A stretch of 64,000 nt of DNA from a virus. Taxonomy: Duplodnaviria; Heunggongvirae; Uroviricota; Caudoviricetes. The stretch lies in IMG/VR virus record IMGVR_UViG_3300042860_001920, one strand, 5' to 3'. The notes beneath the pieces are model-generated. The model made no database searches. It saw only the letters and a program-made list of their open reading frames with translations, and was not told where the DNA came from. A program made the position numbers and the translations under genes. Positions 37,709-46,827 of this stretch are shown here, piece by piece. Within the stretch, counting starts at the first letter, position 1. Each line of letters opens with the position of its first letter.

Positions 37709-38827
37709 TTAAAGTGTGTAATAAATCAACTTTTTGTAAATCTCGCTAATTGCGTAATTATCAACAGCATATCGAAGCTTAGTAGTATCCTTTAATACTT
37801 CCAATTCCTTCATCTTTTCTTCAACAGCGTTCATAATAAAATTATATTCAAACTTACCTGCACGAATGTCACGTAGATACTGCAACTGTTCACCATCAAA
37901 TCGAACAAGTGGCACACCATTTGTCAAGATGTTCTTTCCACTTAACATTAGTCTCATGCAATGCATCATATTCTTTTGATCGTAGTCAAGCAATCCCTTT
38001 TCCTGATCCACCCAACGTGCATCATTACGATTATTCTTCCACTCCCAATAAGACTTCCATTCAGCTACATCACGCTTATAGGCATCTTCATTCCAAATGA
38101 GTAAGCCATAAAACTTAGTAACTTCGTCTTCCAATGGGATAGACTCTGGCACAAGATTTTCATCACCACGAAACACACCTTTAGCTTCATCACCGTAGTA
38201 ATAAAGTCTATAGATATGTGCAGTTTGTTCAAGTCTAGCACAATTAAATTTACTCAAATCAAAAGGAACTACTTCGGTACTGCCACCATAAGTACTAGTA
38301 ATTTCAGTAAGTTTAATAGGTCTAGCAGGTGGAAGATTGTATATCCTTCCCTCTGGAATTACAAAGCAGTAATCTTCCTTGACAGGACGCTCTACAGGCT
38401 TCGGATTATTCACCTTCTTATTCTTACCCTTTGCCTTTTGAATCTGTGCATAAGCGTATCCATTAAAACTATGGTAAGACTTCTGACTTACAAACAATTC
38501 ATTATTGGTAAGTAATACATCCATTCGGGCATCCTTATAAATGATGCACTCAGCGGGAGTAAACAATAGCTCTAACACATTGGGATTATTTTCAGCGCAA
38601 AGTTGCATGAACTTCTGTAGTTCAAAAAACTTGATATCCTGTTTATCATCAGCGACTTCCAATTGGTGATCGTCAAATAAAGTCTTTTCACTTTCAGGAA
38701 AAATATAGATACCCCTGATATCGGTATCAGAGGTTTCAATATTGGTTCCATAAGCATGTGAACCACTGATACATTCAAAGATGATGTATCCTGTCTTTCG
38801 CAAATCTTCAACAGTCATTTTCTTCAT
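37709..38827 (-). CDS. Pol-beta-superfamily nucleotidyltransferase
   Basis: N-terminal ISGSHAYGTNIETSDTDIRG (GS ... DxD). Confidence 0.55.
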   Translation of the reverse strand: MKKMTVEDLRKTGYIIFECISGSHAYGTNIETSDTDIRGIYIFPESEKTLFDDHQLEVADDKQDIKFFELQKFMQLCAENNPNVLELLFTPAECIIYKDARMDVLLTNNELFVSQKSYHSFNGYAYAQIQKAKGKNKKVNNPKPVERPVKEDYCFVIPEGRIYNLPPARPIKLTEITSTYGGSTEVVPFDLSKFNCARLEQTAHIYRLYYYGDEAKGVFRGDENLVPESIPLEDEVTKFYGLLIWNEDAYKRDVAEWKSYWEWKNNRNDARWVDQEKGLLDYDQKNMMHCMRLMLSGKNILTNGVPLVRFDGEQLQYLRDIRAGKFEYNFIMNAVEEKMKELEVLKDTTKLRYAVDNYAISEIYKKLIYYTL

Positions 38828-38829
38828 AA

Positions 38830-39291
38830 TTAATCTTCCGCAATCAAAATTTTATCGGCTTTATCGATACAAGAGATATTAGGTCGTTGTAAGATGTTAC
38901 CCATTCGTTCAATCACTTCTTCTGGAACCTTATCTTCTACTCGCTTACTATTACGAGAATAGCACTTCATAATGGGTATGTCAATAAAAACAATTTTGGT
39001 AGTATATTCGTATTCATCAGCCATATTCACCCACTCATTACGAATTTGTGCCACCAAACCAGTTGAATTTATAATCACATCTTTGCCTTGTGATAAAAGC
39101 ATTCTGGTAATACTTTTCGCCATACCGATGATAAATGGTTCAGCTTCTTTATGATACTGATGTCCAAAGATATGTCTACGAATCCAATCAAGTTCAACTA
39201 CAACGTGAGACTTCTTGTTATTTTTAATCCAAGTGTTCTTACCACAAGCGGGTAAGCCCATCATTATAATCATTTCAGGCTTCTTTTTCAT
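38830..39291 (-). CDS. Polynucleotide 5'-kinase (Pnk kinase-domain-like, no phosphatase domain)
   Basis: Walker A GLPACGKNTW; SRNSKRVEDKVPEEVIERM matches T4 Pnk KRNSKRGTKAVPIDVLRSM. Confidence 0.65.
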   Translation of the reverse strand: MKKKPEMIIMMGLPACGKNTWIKNNKKSHVVVELDWIRRHIFGHQYHKEAEPFIIGMAKSITRMLLSQGKDVIINSTGLVAQIRNEWVNMADEYEYTTKIVFIDIPIMKCYSRNSKRVEDKVPEEVIERMGNILQRPNISCIDKADKILIAED

Positions 39292-39800
39292 TTTGGTATC
39301 TTTTTAGTTATAGCGGGACATTCACCGCAATGACATTTATAATATCCGTGACTAACATTCTTAGTTAGATATCCACACTTTTTACAACTTCTCTCAAATT
39401 TTTCTTTACTAATTGAAGGTTTATAATGAGTTTTTTCTTCAGGTGGTGCAATTGATTTCTTATCAACTGTCCACACTGAAATTAAGCGAGGAACCTTATA
39501 AATCCTACGATCTTTTTTCATCGCTTCAAATGTTATAGATTCTTCACTAATAGTTTCTACTATTTGATTCAAAACGTCTTCCTCAGTATTACCATTAGCC
39601 ACAACACCACTCAATATAGAAGGACGAATAATTTCACAGAGTGTACTAATATTATTCTGTAATCCACCATAATAGCGAGTCAAGTTGCCGTTTCCTGTCG
39701 CTCTACCATTAGGACGTTCATGGATGATAATTTCAATATCATTTTCATCACAGAACTCTTCAAGCGAAACCTCTCTTAGAAAGTCACGTACAATTTTCAT
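39288..39800 (-). CDS. Hypothetical protein with C-terminal zinc ribbon
   Basis: CKKCGYL...CHCGEC. Confidence 0.45.
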   Translation of the reverse strand: MKIVRDFLREVSLEEFCDENDIEIIIHERPNGRATGNGNLTRYYGGLQNNISTLCEIIRPSILSGVVANGNTEEDVLNQIVETISEESITFEAMKKDRRIYKVPRLISVWTVDKKSIAPPEEKTHYKPSISKEKFERSCKKCGYLTKNVSHGYYKCHCGECPAITKKIPK

Positions 39801-40096
39801 ACTTCCTCAACTCTATAGATAGAATTATCTGTAAATACAAACAACTTACCATAATTTTTACCAGTTTTTTTAACCGTTGAAGAAACAAACATTCCATCAA
39901 CTTTAACACCATTTCGACAATCACGCTCCAATAGGATAGATTCGCCTACGACAATTGGTTTAACCAATTTCCCTGTAACCCAATACCCATCAAACGGTGA
40001 CAAGTCATTAAGATGTCCACACTCATACTGTTCAACACTTGCAGTAGGTACAAGCGGATTATCAACAGCACTAATTTTAGTTATTTTAGTTTTCAT
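39797..40096 (-). CDS. Hypothetical protein
   Basis: 99-aa ORF. Confidence 0.45.
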   Translation of the reverse strand: MKTKITKISAVDNPLVPTASVEQYECGHLNDLSPFDGYWVTGKLVKPIVVGESILLERDCRNGVKVDGMFVSSTVKKTGKNYGKLFVFTDNSIYRVEEV

Positions 40097-40256
40097 ATTT
40101 ACCTCAAGTAATTACTATGTGAAAATGATGCCATAACCAGATGATAATGTCAACACATTTCCATATACCTAATGGGACAAATATTACACACGCTATCATC
40201 ATCGTTGCAATAACTTCACCCATACCGCTGAATGCTGAACCGTCCATATATATACC

Positions 40257-40742
40257 TCACTTCAAAGCATTGGCAATCAACGCTTTAGCCTTAGTGTTGA
40301 TAGCATCTTTACACAATTCGTTCATACGAAGCGTCATAATACGGTCTGCATACGCACCAATATCAATACTAGCAATAGACTCTTTCACCTTATCATCAAT
40401 AATAGTGTAAACCATAGTATCAACATGTGAACGAATAAGACTTTTAAGATGCTTCTCAAACTCCGTATTCAATTTGATTGCATAGCCATAACCAGTACTA
40501 GACATGTTACCAAATTCCTTGGCAACGATCTTATCAGCCTCACCATTAATCTTCTTGGTGATTTCCTCAATCTTAGCCTTGATAAGTTCATCCTTCAAAA
40601 GAACTCTAAGATGTTTGTCAACGAAATTCGCAATGACTCCATCCTTCAACTTCAATTCGAATTCTTTATCATCGCCAATCAATCGTTCCAATGCAGGTAT
40701 ATCTAATTGTAAATTAATCATATTATTTCCTTTTCTGTCCAA
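40257..40742 (-). CDS. Hypothetical protein
   Basis: 161-aa ORF. Confidence 0.45.
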   Translation of the reverse strand: MDRKGNNMINLQLDIPALERLIGDDKEFELKLKDGVIANFVDKHLRVLLKDELIKAKIEEITKKINGEADKIVAKEFGNMSSTGYGYAIKLNTEFEKHLKSLIRSHVDTMVYTIIDDKVKESIASIDIGAYADRIMTLRMNELCKDAINTKAKALIANALK

Positions 40743-40995
40743 CCCATTTAAATTCCACTCGTCCTGAATAGTCTACCACATCCCAATAAGCAAAGCCACC
40801 TTTAATTGCTTGAATTTGAAAGTTTTTTACCGCTTCACTAATCTCTGCCTGATGTCTCACTTGTTCTTCAATGGCATGTTGCCTACTATACATTAAAATC
40901 AATGCTTCATGGTCAGCGTTATCAAATGGATATCCCGCACACCCACCAGAATAAAGTAACACAATCGATAGTAGGACACTTTGTAATAGTTTCAT
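40723..40995 (-). CDS. Putative lipoprotein
   Basis: Signal peptide with lipobox LYSGGC. Confidence 0.45.
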   Translation of the reverse strand: MKLLQSVLLSIVLLYSGGCAGYPFDNADHEALILMYSRQHAIEEQVRHQAEISEAVKNFQIQAIKGGFAYWDVVDYSGRVEFKWVGQKRK

Positions 40996-41059
40996 ATAAC
41001 ACGCACATTAGCAACATTTTACACCAAATAGTAAAAGGATTACAATGATAATAATAGCT

Positions 41060-41245
41060 TTATCCGAATTTTTCATTTTCAAGTCTTTCTGACAACTCGG
41101 TTAATTTCTTACTTAACACTACCATACGGGCATCCATTTCGACAAGTGTTAATTTCTTGTCGTTATAATCATCCAACACTTCATTGCATAACGTTCTAAT
41201 GTTAGCAGTTTGTAATAATAGTTCGGTTCTTACTTTATTTTCCAC
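41060..41245 (-). CDS. Hypothetical protein
   Basis: 61-aa ORF. Confidence 0.35.
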   Translation of the reverse strand: MENKVRTELLLQTANIRTLCNEVLDDYNDKKLTLVEMDARMVVLSKKLTELSERLENEKFG

Positions 41246-41636
41246 GATAACCTATAATCTTAAATTGTTCCTGATAATATTCAGGAGGCTGTTGTGCAAT
41301 TTTATTCCACAAATCTTTGATAATGACTTTACGTTTTTCTAACGTATCTTCATCGTATACTCGTTCCTCTACTTCAATAGCCTTACCAAGGTCTGGATTG
41401 ATCGGGGGAAGTACTTGTGTAGTATCTGAGGCATCTTCCTCAATGTGTTTACCCTCTCGGCTCACATAATTTGACAAATACTCTTCAATAGTTTTACCGT
41501 TCTTTTGGAGTTGTCTACGCAAAAGTGTTACATTAATTTTACTTTGTTTCCCTGTCACACGACATGTAACAAATGTAGGAAATGTATTATCTTTTGGGCG
41601 ACCTTGCTTACGTTTTTCTGCATTTTCAATATTCAT
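41235..41636 (-). CDS. Hypothetical protein
   Basis: 133-aa ORF. Confidence 0.45.
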   Translation of the reverse strand: MNIENAEKRKQGRPKDNTFPTFVTCRVTGKQSKINVTLLRRQLQKNGKTIEEYLSNYVSREGKHIEEDASDTTQVLPPINPDLGKAIEVEERVYDEDTLEKRKVIIKDLWNKIAQQPPEYYQEQFKIIGYRGK

Positions 41637-41801
41637 ACTTCAAATACCCTTCCTTGCTTAACGACTAATTGTTTAGCACTAAATCCATTCCAGTATCTAT
41701 AATCCTTAATAGTATCTCTGGCTTGTTGTCTTGTGAACGTATACCATCTATGTTCACCAGATTCCTTCTCTTTGATAATCCATAACGTTTTTATTTTCAT
41801 A

Positions 41802-42332
41802 TTAACCTTTCAACTTATAGACTACCACAGCGATATCATTTTTGCAAAGGATATCTTCAACCATCTGTACAATTTTGTTCCAATCACCTCTGGCACGATC
41901 TGCACCCATTTTATAAGGCATATGTACAGAAAATTCAAATCTTTCTGCATAATTCTTAACATGCGTTAAACAACTATCCAAGGCATCATAGCGGATAGGT
42001 GGATTACCATGTTCATCAGCACCAACCATGTGTTGACCTACCATATTAGCTACCACGATATCATATAGTGATGGTGGGGATACAGTCACAAATTGTGTCT
42101 TACCTAGTCGGAAAGCTGTATCAACATCAAAAGTATTCGGTTCATTAAACCATCGAATGTATTCACTACGAACTTTAGGCCATTTTTCATACAAAGCTCT
42201 AGCAACGCCAGAACCCATCATACCTTGATCGTTCACTATATGCATAATAAGCGTACTAACTAATATTCCATTATCACTAACAAGTGAAATAGGATCAGTA
42301 AGATCACCCTCAACATATTTTATTTTAACCAT
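41802..42332 (-). CDS. Macro domain protein (ADP-ribose binding/processing)
   Basis: KYVEGDLTDP ... HIVNDQGMMGSGVARAL resembles the macro-domain GDIT ... VNAAN ... GGGV core. Confidence 0.6.
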   Translation of the reverse strand: MVKIKYVEGDLTDPISLVSDNGILVSTLIMHIVNDQGMMGSGVARALYEKWPKVRSEYIRWFNEPNTFDVDTAFRLGKTQFVTVSPPSLYDIVVANMVGQHMVGADEHGNPPIRYDALDSCLTHVKNYAERFEFSVHMPYKMGADRARGDWNKIVQMVEDILCKNDIAVVVYKLKG

Positions 42333-42609
42333 AATATTCCTGCCATTCTTTACCTATAATACGTTCTCTTCGACGTTCCAAAGATGCTTTAGCTTCTTCA
42401 CTATCACATGGTTGGAATGGTGACAAGTTTAATATACCGTTTTGTCTACGTTCAATCTCACGCAATAAACATAGATTACCATATTCCATAGCATCATTAC
42501 CTTTATACATATGACAGAAGGCATCCCTTGCCACTTTCGGCACAGGACACCCACCGCACATAGCAAAGGCGATATCTTCACCGTATGCAGTTATCATATT
42601 AAATACCAA
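42325..42609 (-). CDS. Hypothetical Cys-rich protein
   Basis: 94-aa ORF. Confidence 0.4.
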   Translation of the reverse strand: MVFNMITAYGEDIAFAMCGGCPVPKVARDAFCHMYKGNDAMEYGNLCLLREIERRQNGILNLSPFQPCDSEEAKASLERRRERIIGKEWQEYYG

Positions 42610-42848
42610 ATAGAACTATGAATCCACAACCAGAAGTGAACAACATTACAAAGATAATTAATAGTATTAAGATTATTGCTGTATGTTTCATATTATTCCC
42701 CTTGTCTGATAAAGATAGCCCATCCCATTAAAAAGATTGCGATATCTCGGAATTTTGATCCATCATCTCCACTAGTTCCGAATCCTATTAAACCGAATGC
42801 TAGGTAAAAAATCACATAAGATGCTATTGTCATTGATTTGTTCATAAT

Positions 42849-43982
42849 TTATTCCTCATGTTTAATTAAGTAATCAGGACTACGTGCCTTGACTGATACG
42901 CTAGGATTCTCATTTAATCGTAAAACAACACCCTCACGCATAGTCTTGTATAACACAGATGTCCCATTACTGTATCCAAGTAAGTAATGTACAATAACAT
43001 CCTTGGTATTGCAAACTATTTCTTTAGAAGGAACGAAGTTTGCATCAAGTACAGGCACAGTCGTTAAACCATGCTTATCACAAAATGCCTTCAATTCATC
43101 TACACCTAAACGTTTACCATCCATATACACGTTGAATACAAATAGATCAACACCAGTAAGTTTATAGATATTACCCTGAATACCCTCACCTACTTGCTCA
43201 CCCTGAATAGCAACACGGCACTTGTAAGACTTTAAAACCTTCTCAAGATCATATCGCTTTGCGGTCTGCCAGTACTTAGAGTTGTCAGGTTTCTCAAGTT
43301 TGATATTACGAGAGCATACACCAAACACCTTACGATTGAAACCCCAATGTTTCTCAAACGTGGTATAGAATGTCGCACTCTGTCCCTCTAACTTCTCAGT
43401 CACATAAAAACTCTTCTCAAAGTTCTCAGAAATGACATTGTACATATTCTGGATATTCTCTTCATCAGTCTTAGAGACAACACCGACAGGCCAACCGTTC
43501 TCCTTTTGATTTAATTTTAAGTAAACCGTTCTAAAGGCTTTGAAGTTCATAAGGTATCTAAGCACCTTGTTCTGGTGTTTAGGGACGCTAAGAGCTTTCT
43601 CTTCCTGTGCCTGTGGATCATACTTAGTGATACCCATAAGTGCTGTAACATCATCACCCTCTTCAATAGTCTTTAATGAAATTAGAGCATGACGTAAATT
43701 AGAAATAGTATCAATAGGAACGATAAGACCTTGTGAAAGCTGTTTACGAAGCTTGATAGTTCTTACACGGAACTTACGCTCACGAAGGAATTCAAATTCA
43801 GGACGATCAGGTACTAGTGAATCAATTTCGATATAGACGACTAAATCACCAATCTTGAATCCATCCTTCTTAGCCACAACAACTTGCCAACCCTTGACAA
43901 AGGCTAGTTCGATTTTATCAGCACCGTCAATGGCTTTAACATCAATAATTTTCTGAATACTTGCTAATTTTCTCTCACTCAT
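42849..43982 (-). CDS. RNA ligase (Rnl2/Rnl5-like; N-terminal OB-like module plus nucleotidyltransferase)
   Basis: Candidate motif I TEKLEGQSATFY, compare T4 Rnl2 EKIHGTNFS. Confidence 0.5.
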   Translation of the reverse strand: MSERKLASIQKIIDVKAIDGADKIELAFVKGWQVVVAKKDGFKIGDLVVYIEIDSLVPDRPEFEFLRERKFRVRTIKLRKQLSQGLIVPIDTISNLRHALISLKTIEEGDDVTALMGITKYDPQAQEEKALSVPKHQNKVLRYLMNFKAFRTVYLKLNQKENGWPVGVVSKTDEENIQNMYNVISENFEKSFYVTEKLEGQSATFYTTFEKHWGFNRKVFGVCSRNIKLEKPDNSKYWQTAKRYDLEKVLKSYKCRVAIQGEQVGEGIQGNIYKLTGVDLFVFNVYMDGKRLGVDELKAFCDKHGLTTVPVLDANFVPSKEIVCNTKDVIVHYLLGYSNGTSVLYKTMREGVVLRLNENPSVSVKARSPDYLIKHEE

Positions 43983-43993
43983 TTTAATTCTCC

Positions 43994-44158
43994 TTATTTA
44001 CAAAAATGATATATCAATCCACCGACGATTACAAGCAAAATAATAATACCAAATATAGGCATCATATCTTCAATCTCATCATCAGTAGCGTACATCTTAA
44101 ATACGATTAGATTCCAAAATCGTTGTGAATCTTTATCATCCCCACCTAGACCGAGCAT
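43994..44158 (-). CDS. Small membrane protein
   Basis: C-terminal TM IFGIIILLVIVGGLIY; start trimmed to the internal ATG to remove the overlap. Confidence 0.35.
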   Translation of the reverse strand: MLGLGGDDKDSQRFWNLIVFKMYATDDEIEDMMPIFGIIILLVIVGGLIYHFCK

Positions 44159-44159
44159 A

Positions 44160-44486
44160 TTAGATATCCTCTCCTGCCATTTCATTGTAAGCACTATCCA
44201 AATCTTTTTCCAATTCTGCCACACGCTTACGTAACTCTTTATTCTCTTCCTCAATCTTACGCATAGGATGCTTTTCACATACCTTGATGTGCTCTGTCAA
44301 GACTTCTGAACCGTGTGTAGGTGTGTTAGGTGGATACATTTGCCCACAATACACACAAGTCAACGTCTGTGTAGTACGTTGAAGCTTTTGAACCCATTCC
44401 CTAGCTTCATTACGCTCTTTGGTAAGAGTTTCAATTTGAGTATTCAACCCATTAAAAGCACCTTCAACCATTTCAACTATCTTCAC
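44160..44486 (-). CDS. Coiled-coil protein with CxxC/HxxxC pair
   Basis: 108-aa ORF. Confidence 0.45.
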   Translation of the reverse strand: MKIVEMVEGAFNGLNTQIETLTKERNEAREWVQKLQRTTQTLTCVYCGQMYPPNTPTHGSEVLTEHIKVCEKHPMRKIEEENKELRKRVAELEKDLDSAYNEMAGEDI

Positions 44487-44808
44487 AATTCTCTCCTTTA
44501 ATCGTTGTTACTTTAATATTATTCTCTTCTAAAAGTTTCGCACATACTGGACAACATTCAATTGGTCTAAGTATGCCACTCTTCCCTGTTCTTAGCAAGA
44601 CAATACTGAATAATCTTTGTCCATACTTACGTAAGGCTTGAATTTCGGCATGAAAACCTCCACCCTTACGATTAAACCGTTGGCTATTAACCACCACACC
44701 AAGCAATTTACCACGCTTATCAAAGCATATCACAGCTACCTTAGTGTGACAATGACTTTTTAAAGCTTTACGTATTCCTTGTTGCACCAATTCGGGTGAA
44801 GCTGTCAT
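44473..44808 (-). CDS. CDA-fold zinc deaminase (TadA/dCMP-deaminase-like)
   Basis: GFHAEIQAL and PIECCPVCAKLL match the HAE ... PCxxC deaminase signature. Confidence 0.6.
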   Translation of the reverse strand: MTASPELVQQGIRKALKSHCHTKVAVICFDKRGKLLGVVVNSQRFNRKGGGFHAEIQALRKYGQRLFSIVLLRTGKSGILRPIECCPVCAKLLEENNIKVTTIKGENCEDS

Positions 44809-45002
44809 TACTTAATCTCTTCTGTGTCAACTAGTCCAATACCAGTATCTTCACCAGACTCTTCAATACGTTTAATACGATCTTTCAAAGCTTTAAGTAA
44901 AACTTCTCGTGGAATGGACTCATAACCAATATTAGTATCCACGGTAAAACAAAAATCTAACACATGTTTATATTGTTTCATAAGTCCTTTCAAATGGTAC
45001 AC
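44808..45002 (-). CDS. Hypothetical protein
   Basis: 64-aa ORF; start may be shorter to avoid the tRNA. Confidence 0.35.
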   Translation of the reverse strand: MYHLKGLMKQYKHVLDFCFTVDTNIGYESIPREVLLKALKDRIKRIEESGEDTGIGLVDTEEIK

Positions 45003-45078
45003 CCGACAGGATTCGAACCTGTAGTTGCAGTTCCAATTACGGTTACATAGGGTAGAAACCTAGTCCGACTACGGGTGC
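44995..45078 (-). tRNA. tRNA-like gene (84 nt, long variable region, encoded CCA); anticodon not resolved
   Basis: T-arm ACAGG-TTCGAAT-CCTGT; 7-bp acceptor GCACCCG/CGGGTGT; discriminator A then CCA; no canonical anticodon stem found by hand. Confidence 0.55.
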
Positions 45079-45091
45079 AATATTAAAATCC

Positions 45092-45131
45092 CTTCCCCTG
45101 TCTGATGATATTGTAAACCACCAGACAGGGG
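45092..45131 (-). terminator. Stem-loop terminator
   Basis: 9-bp stem ccctgtctg / cagacaggg directly after the stop of 45143-45373. Confidence 0.45.
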
Positions 45132-45142
45132 TTGGATACTAC

Positions 45143-45373
45143 TTACGCACCGATGCCGACAGACTCGGCAACAGGCGCAGTAGGGGCTTCAACAGGTGTG
45201 GAAACCTGTGCGACAACTTTCTTAGCCTTACGAAGTTCCTTGGCAAAGAGCTTACCTTCGGGAGTAACCTTAATCCACTCCTTCAACATAATCTCGCTAC
45301 CATCAGTAAACTTCACCAACTTAGCAGGACGACCCTTCTTACCACTCTTCACATCAACAATACTATAGTTCAT
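45143..45373 (-). CDS. Small basic DNA-binding-like protein
   Basis: 76-aa Lys-rich ORF. Confidence 0.45.
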   Translation of the reverse strand: MNYSIVDVKSGKKGRPAKLVKFTDGSEIMLKEWIKVTPEGKLFAKELRKAKKVVAQVSTPVEAPTAPVAESVGIGA

Positions 45374-45447
45374 TTCTTTCTCCTTCTCTCACATTTAAAC
45401 ACACGTTTACCAACACATCTCTCACTTACAGATAATAGGTTACACTA

Positions 45448-45708
45448 TTAATCCGCTTCTGTCAATAATTTCTTCAAAGATTTTTTACCACTCATAAAAT
45501 ATTTCCAATGTGCAACCATATCACATACACGAACTATAGCCCACATAAGCATAGCAACAGCAAAAGCAACTATACTGAAAATTCTAAAGGGTGGTGCATA
45601 GATCATTAAACCAATAATCACAAATATAAAAAAACTTCCCAATGTACCCGTAACCAATAATGCAACTAAATTCTTAAATAATATCTTTTTACTCATAAAT
45701 CCTTTCAA
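45448..45708 (-). CDS. Small membrane protein
   Basis: Two TM segments. Confidence 0.45.
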   Translation of the reverse strand: MKGFMSKKILFKNLVALLVTGTLGSFFIFVIIGLMIYAPPFRIFSIVAFAVAMLMWAIVRVCDMVAHWKYFMSGKKSLKKLLTEAD

Positions 45709-46595
45709 GCAAACATCTTAGAGAAATCCATCGCAATCTTCTCAGCCTTAACAACCGCATCCTTACGGACATCAGCACTAACTTTCAAAGTTTCCTTGTC
45801 CAAGTTGCCGAAACTCTCTTTCAAAGCGTCAAACATCTTTGAAACTTCTGGATCATTATTAATATTATACTGTGGCAAAACCTCAGTAATATGCTTGATC
45901 TTATCCACAAGTGTCTTCCAAACAACCTTGGAATCATCTTCACCACGGTTACAACGATCTTGGATATCCTTAATCAAAGCTTTGACAGGATTCAAGATAG
46001 TTTCCATGATAGCCTTTTGTTGATCACGTACACTAGCTTCCGCACTAGCCTTAACATCTTCCACAAGCTTATCCTTAATATCGTTACCTAACACTTTCAA
46101 AGCTGTCTGTGTACGCTCAGACTCAAAATTCACATTAACATTGATATCAACTCCGTAGCCTGTACGAATCTCTTCAACGCTAGGCAACTTGATATTTTCC
46201 TTGTCAGTAATTTTACTCAATTGTTTCTTAGCGACTTCATAAAGTTCACCCGTTTCAGCCACTTTAAGCAAAGCTTCGACTTTGATATAATGTTCTGAAA
46301 GTAACATATCCAAGTCATGTTTAAACTTAGGGTAAGTTGTGATAGGAACTGCATACATGTTACCAATTTGGATAGCATGTAGGTTAAAATGATTACGAAT
46401 CTTCCCTTCGATTGTACGGATAGGTTTAGCCCAAATCTTAGGGATAATGGATACCATAGCTGATACAGTTCCATTATCAGAAGTATTAAACTCTTCTGTC
46501 TCTTTGGAAATGGTTTTAGCTTTCTTTGCGCTAGAGCATGAATGAATACTAAAATCATACCATACTACAGGAATCTCATTTTTTGATACGTTCAT
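45705..46595 (-). CDS. Hypothetical protein
   Basis: 296-aa ORF. Confidence 0.5.
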   Translation of the reverse strand: MNVSKNEIPVVWYDFSIHSCSSAKKAKTISKETEEFNTSDNGTVSAMVSIIPKIWAKPIRTIEGKIRNHFNLHAIQIGNMYAVPITTYPKFKHDLDMLLSEHYIKVEALLKVAETGELYEVAKKQLSKITDKENIKLPSVEEIRTGYGVDINVNVNFESERTQTALKVLGNDIKDKLVEDVKASAEASVRDQQKAIMETILNPVKALIKDIQDRCNRGEDDSKVVWKTLVDKIKHITEVLPQYNINNDPEVSKMFDALKESFGNLDKETLKVSADVRKDAVVKAEKIAMDFSKMFA

Positions 46596-46596
46596 A

Positions 46597-46827
46597 TTAA
46601 TCCTCTACTGTCAATGTAAGTTTTTTAGGTGTCAAATCGAAAAACCCATGACCTAAATTTCTAGCACCTTCTCTGGTATGACACAAAACTAATCCGCGAT
46701 GTGTTATATCACCAACCTCAAAACTATCATCGACACAGTTAAGATACATTCTATTTTTAATATCGCTATATTCTGGTTTCTTAGTAGCTAAAACCCATTT
46801 TGTAACTTTTATCATATTATACCTCAA
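46597..46827 (-). CDS. Hypothetical protein
   Basis: 76-aa ORF. Confidence 0.4.
   Translation of the reverse strand: MRYNMIKVTKWVLATKKPEYSDIKNRMYLNCVDDSFEVGDITHRGLVLCHTREGARNLGHGFFDLTPKKLTLTVED

Noticed and set aside
43994-44278. Full-length 94-aa ORF 43994-44278 overlapping 44160-44486 by 119 nt
   Set aside because: The overlap is implausible. I trimmed it to the internal ATG at 44158 (MLGLGG...), which abuts the upstream stop. Similar trims were applied at 20628, 48100, 56879 and 62944.
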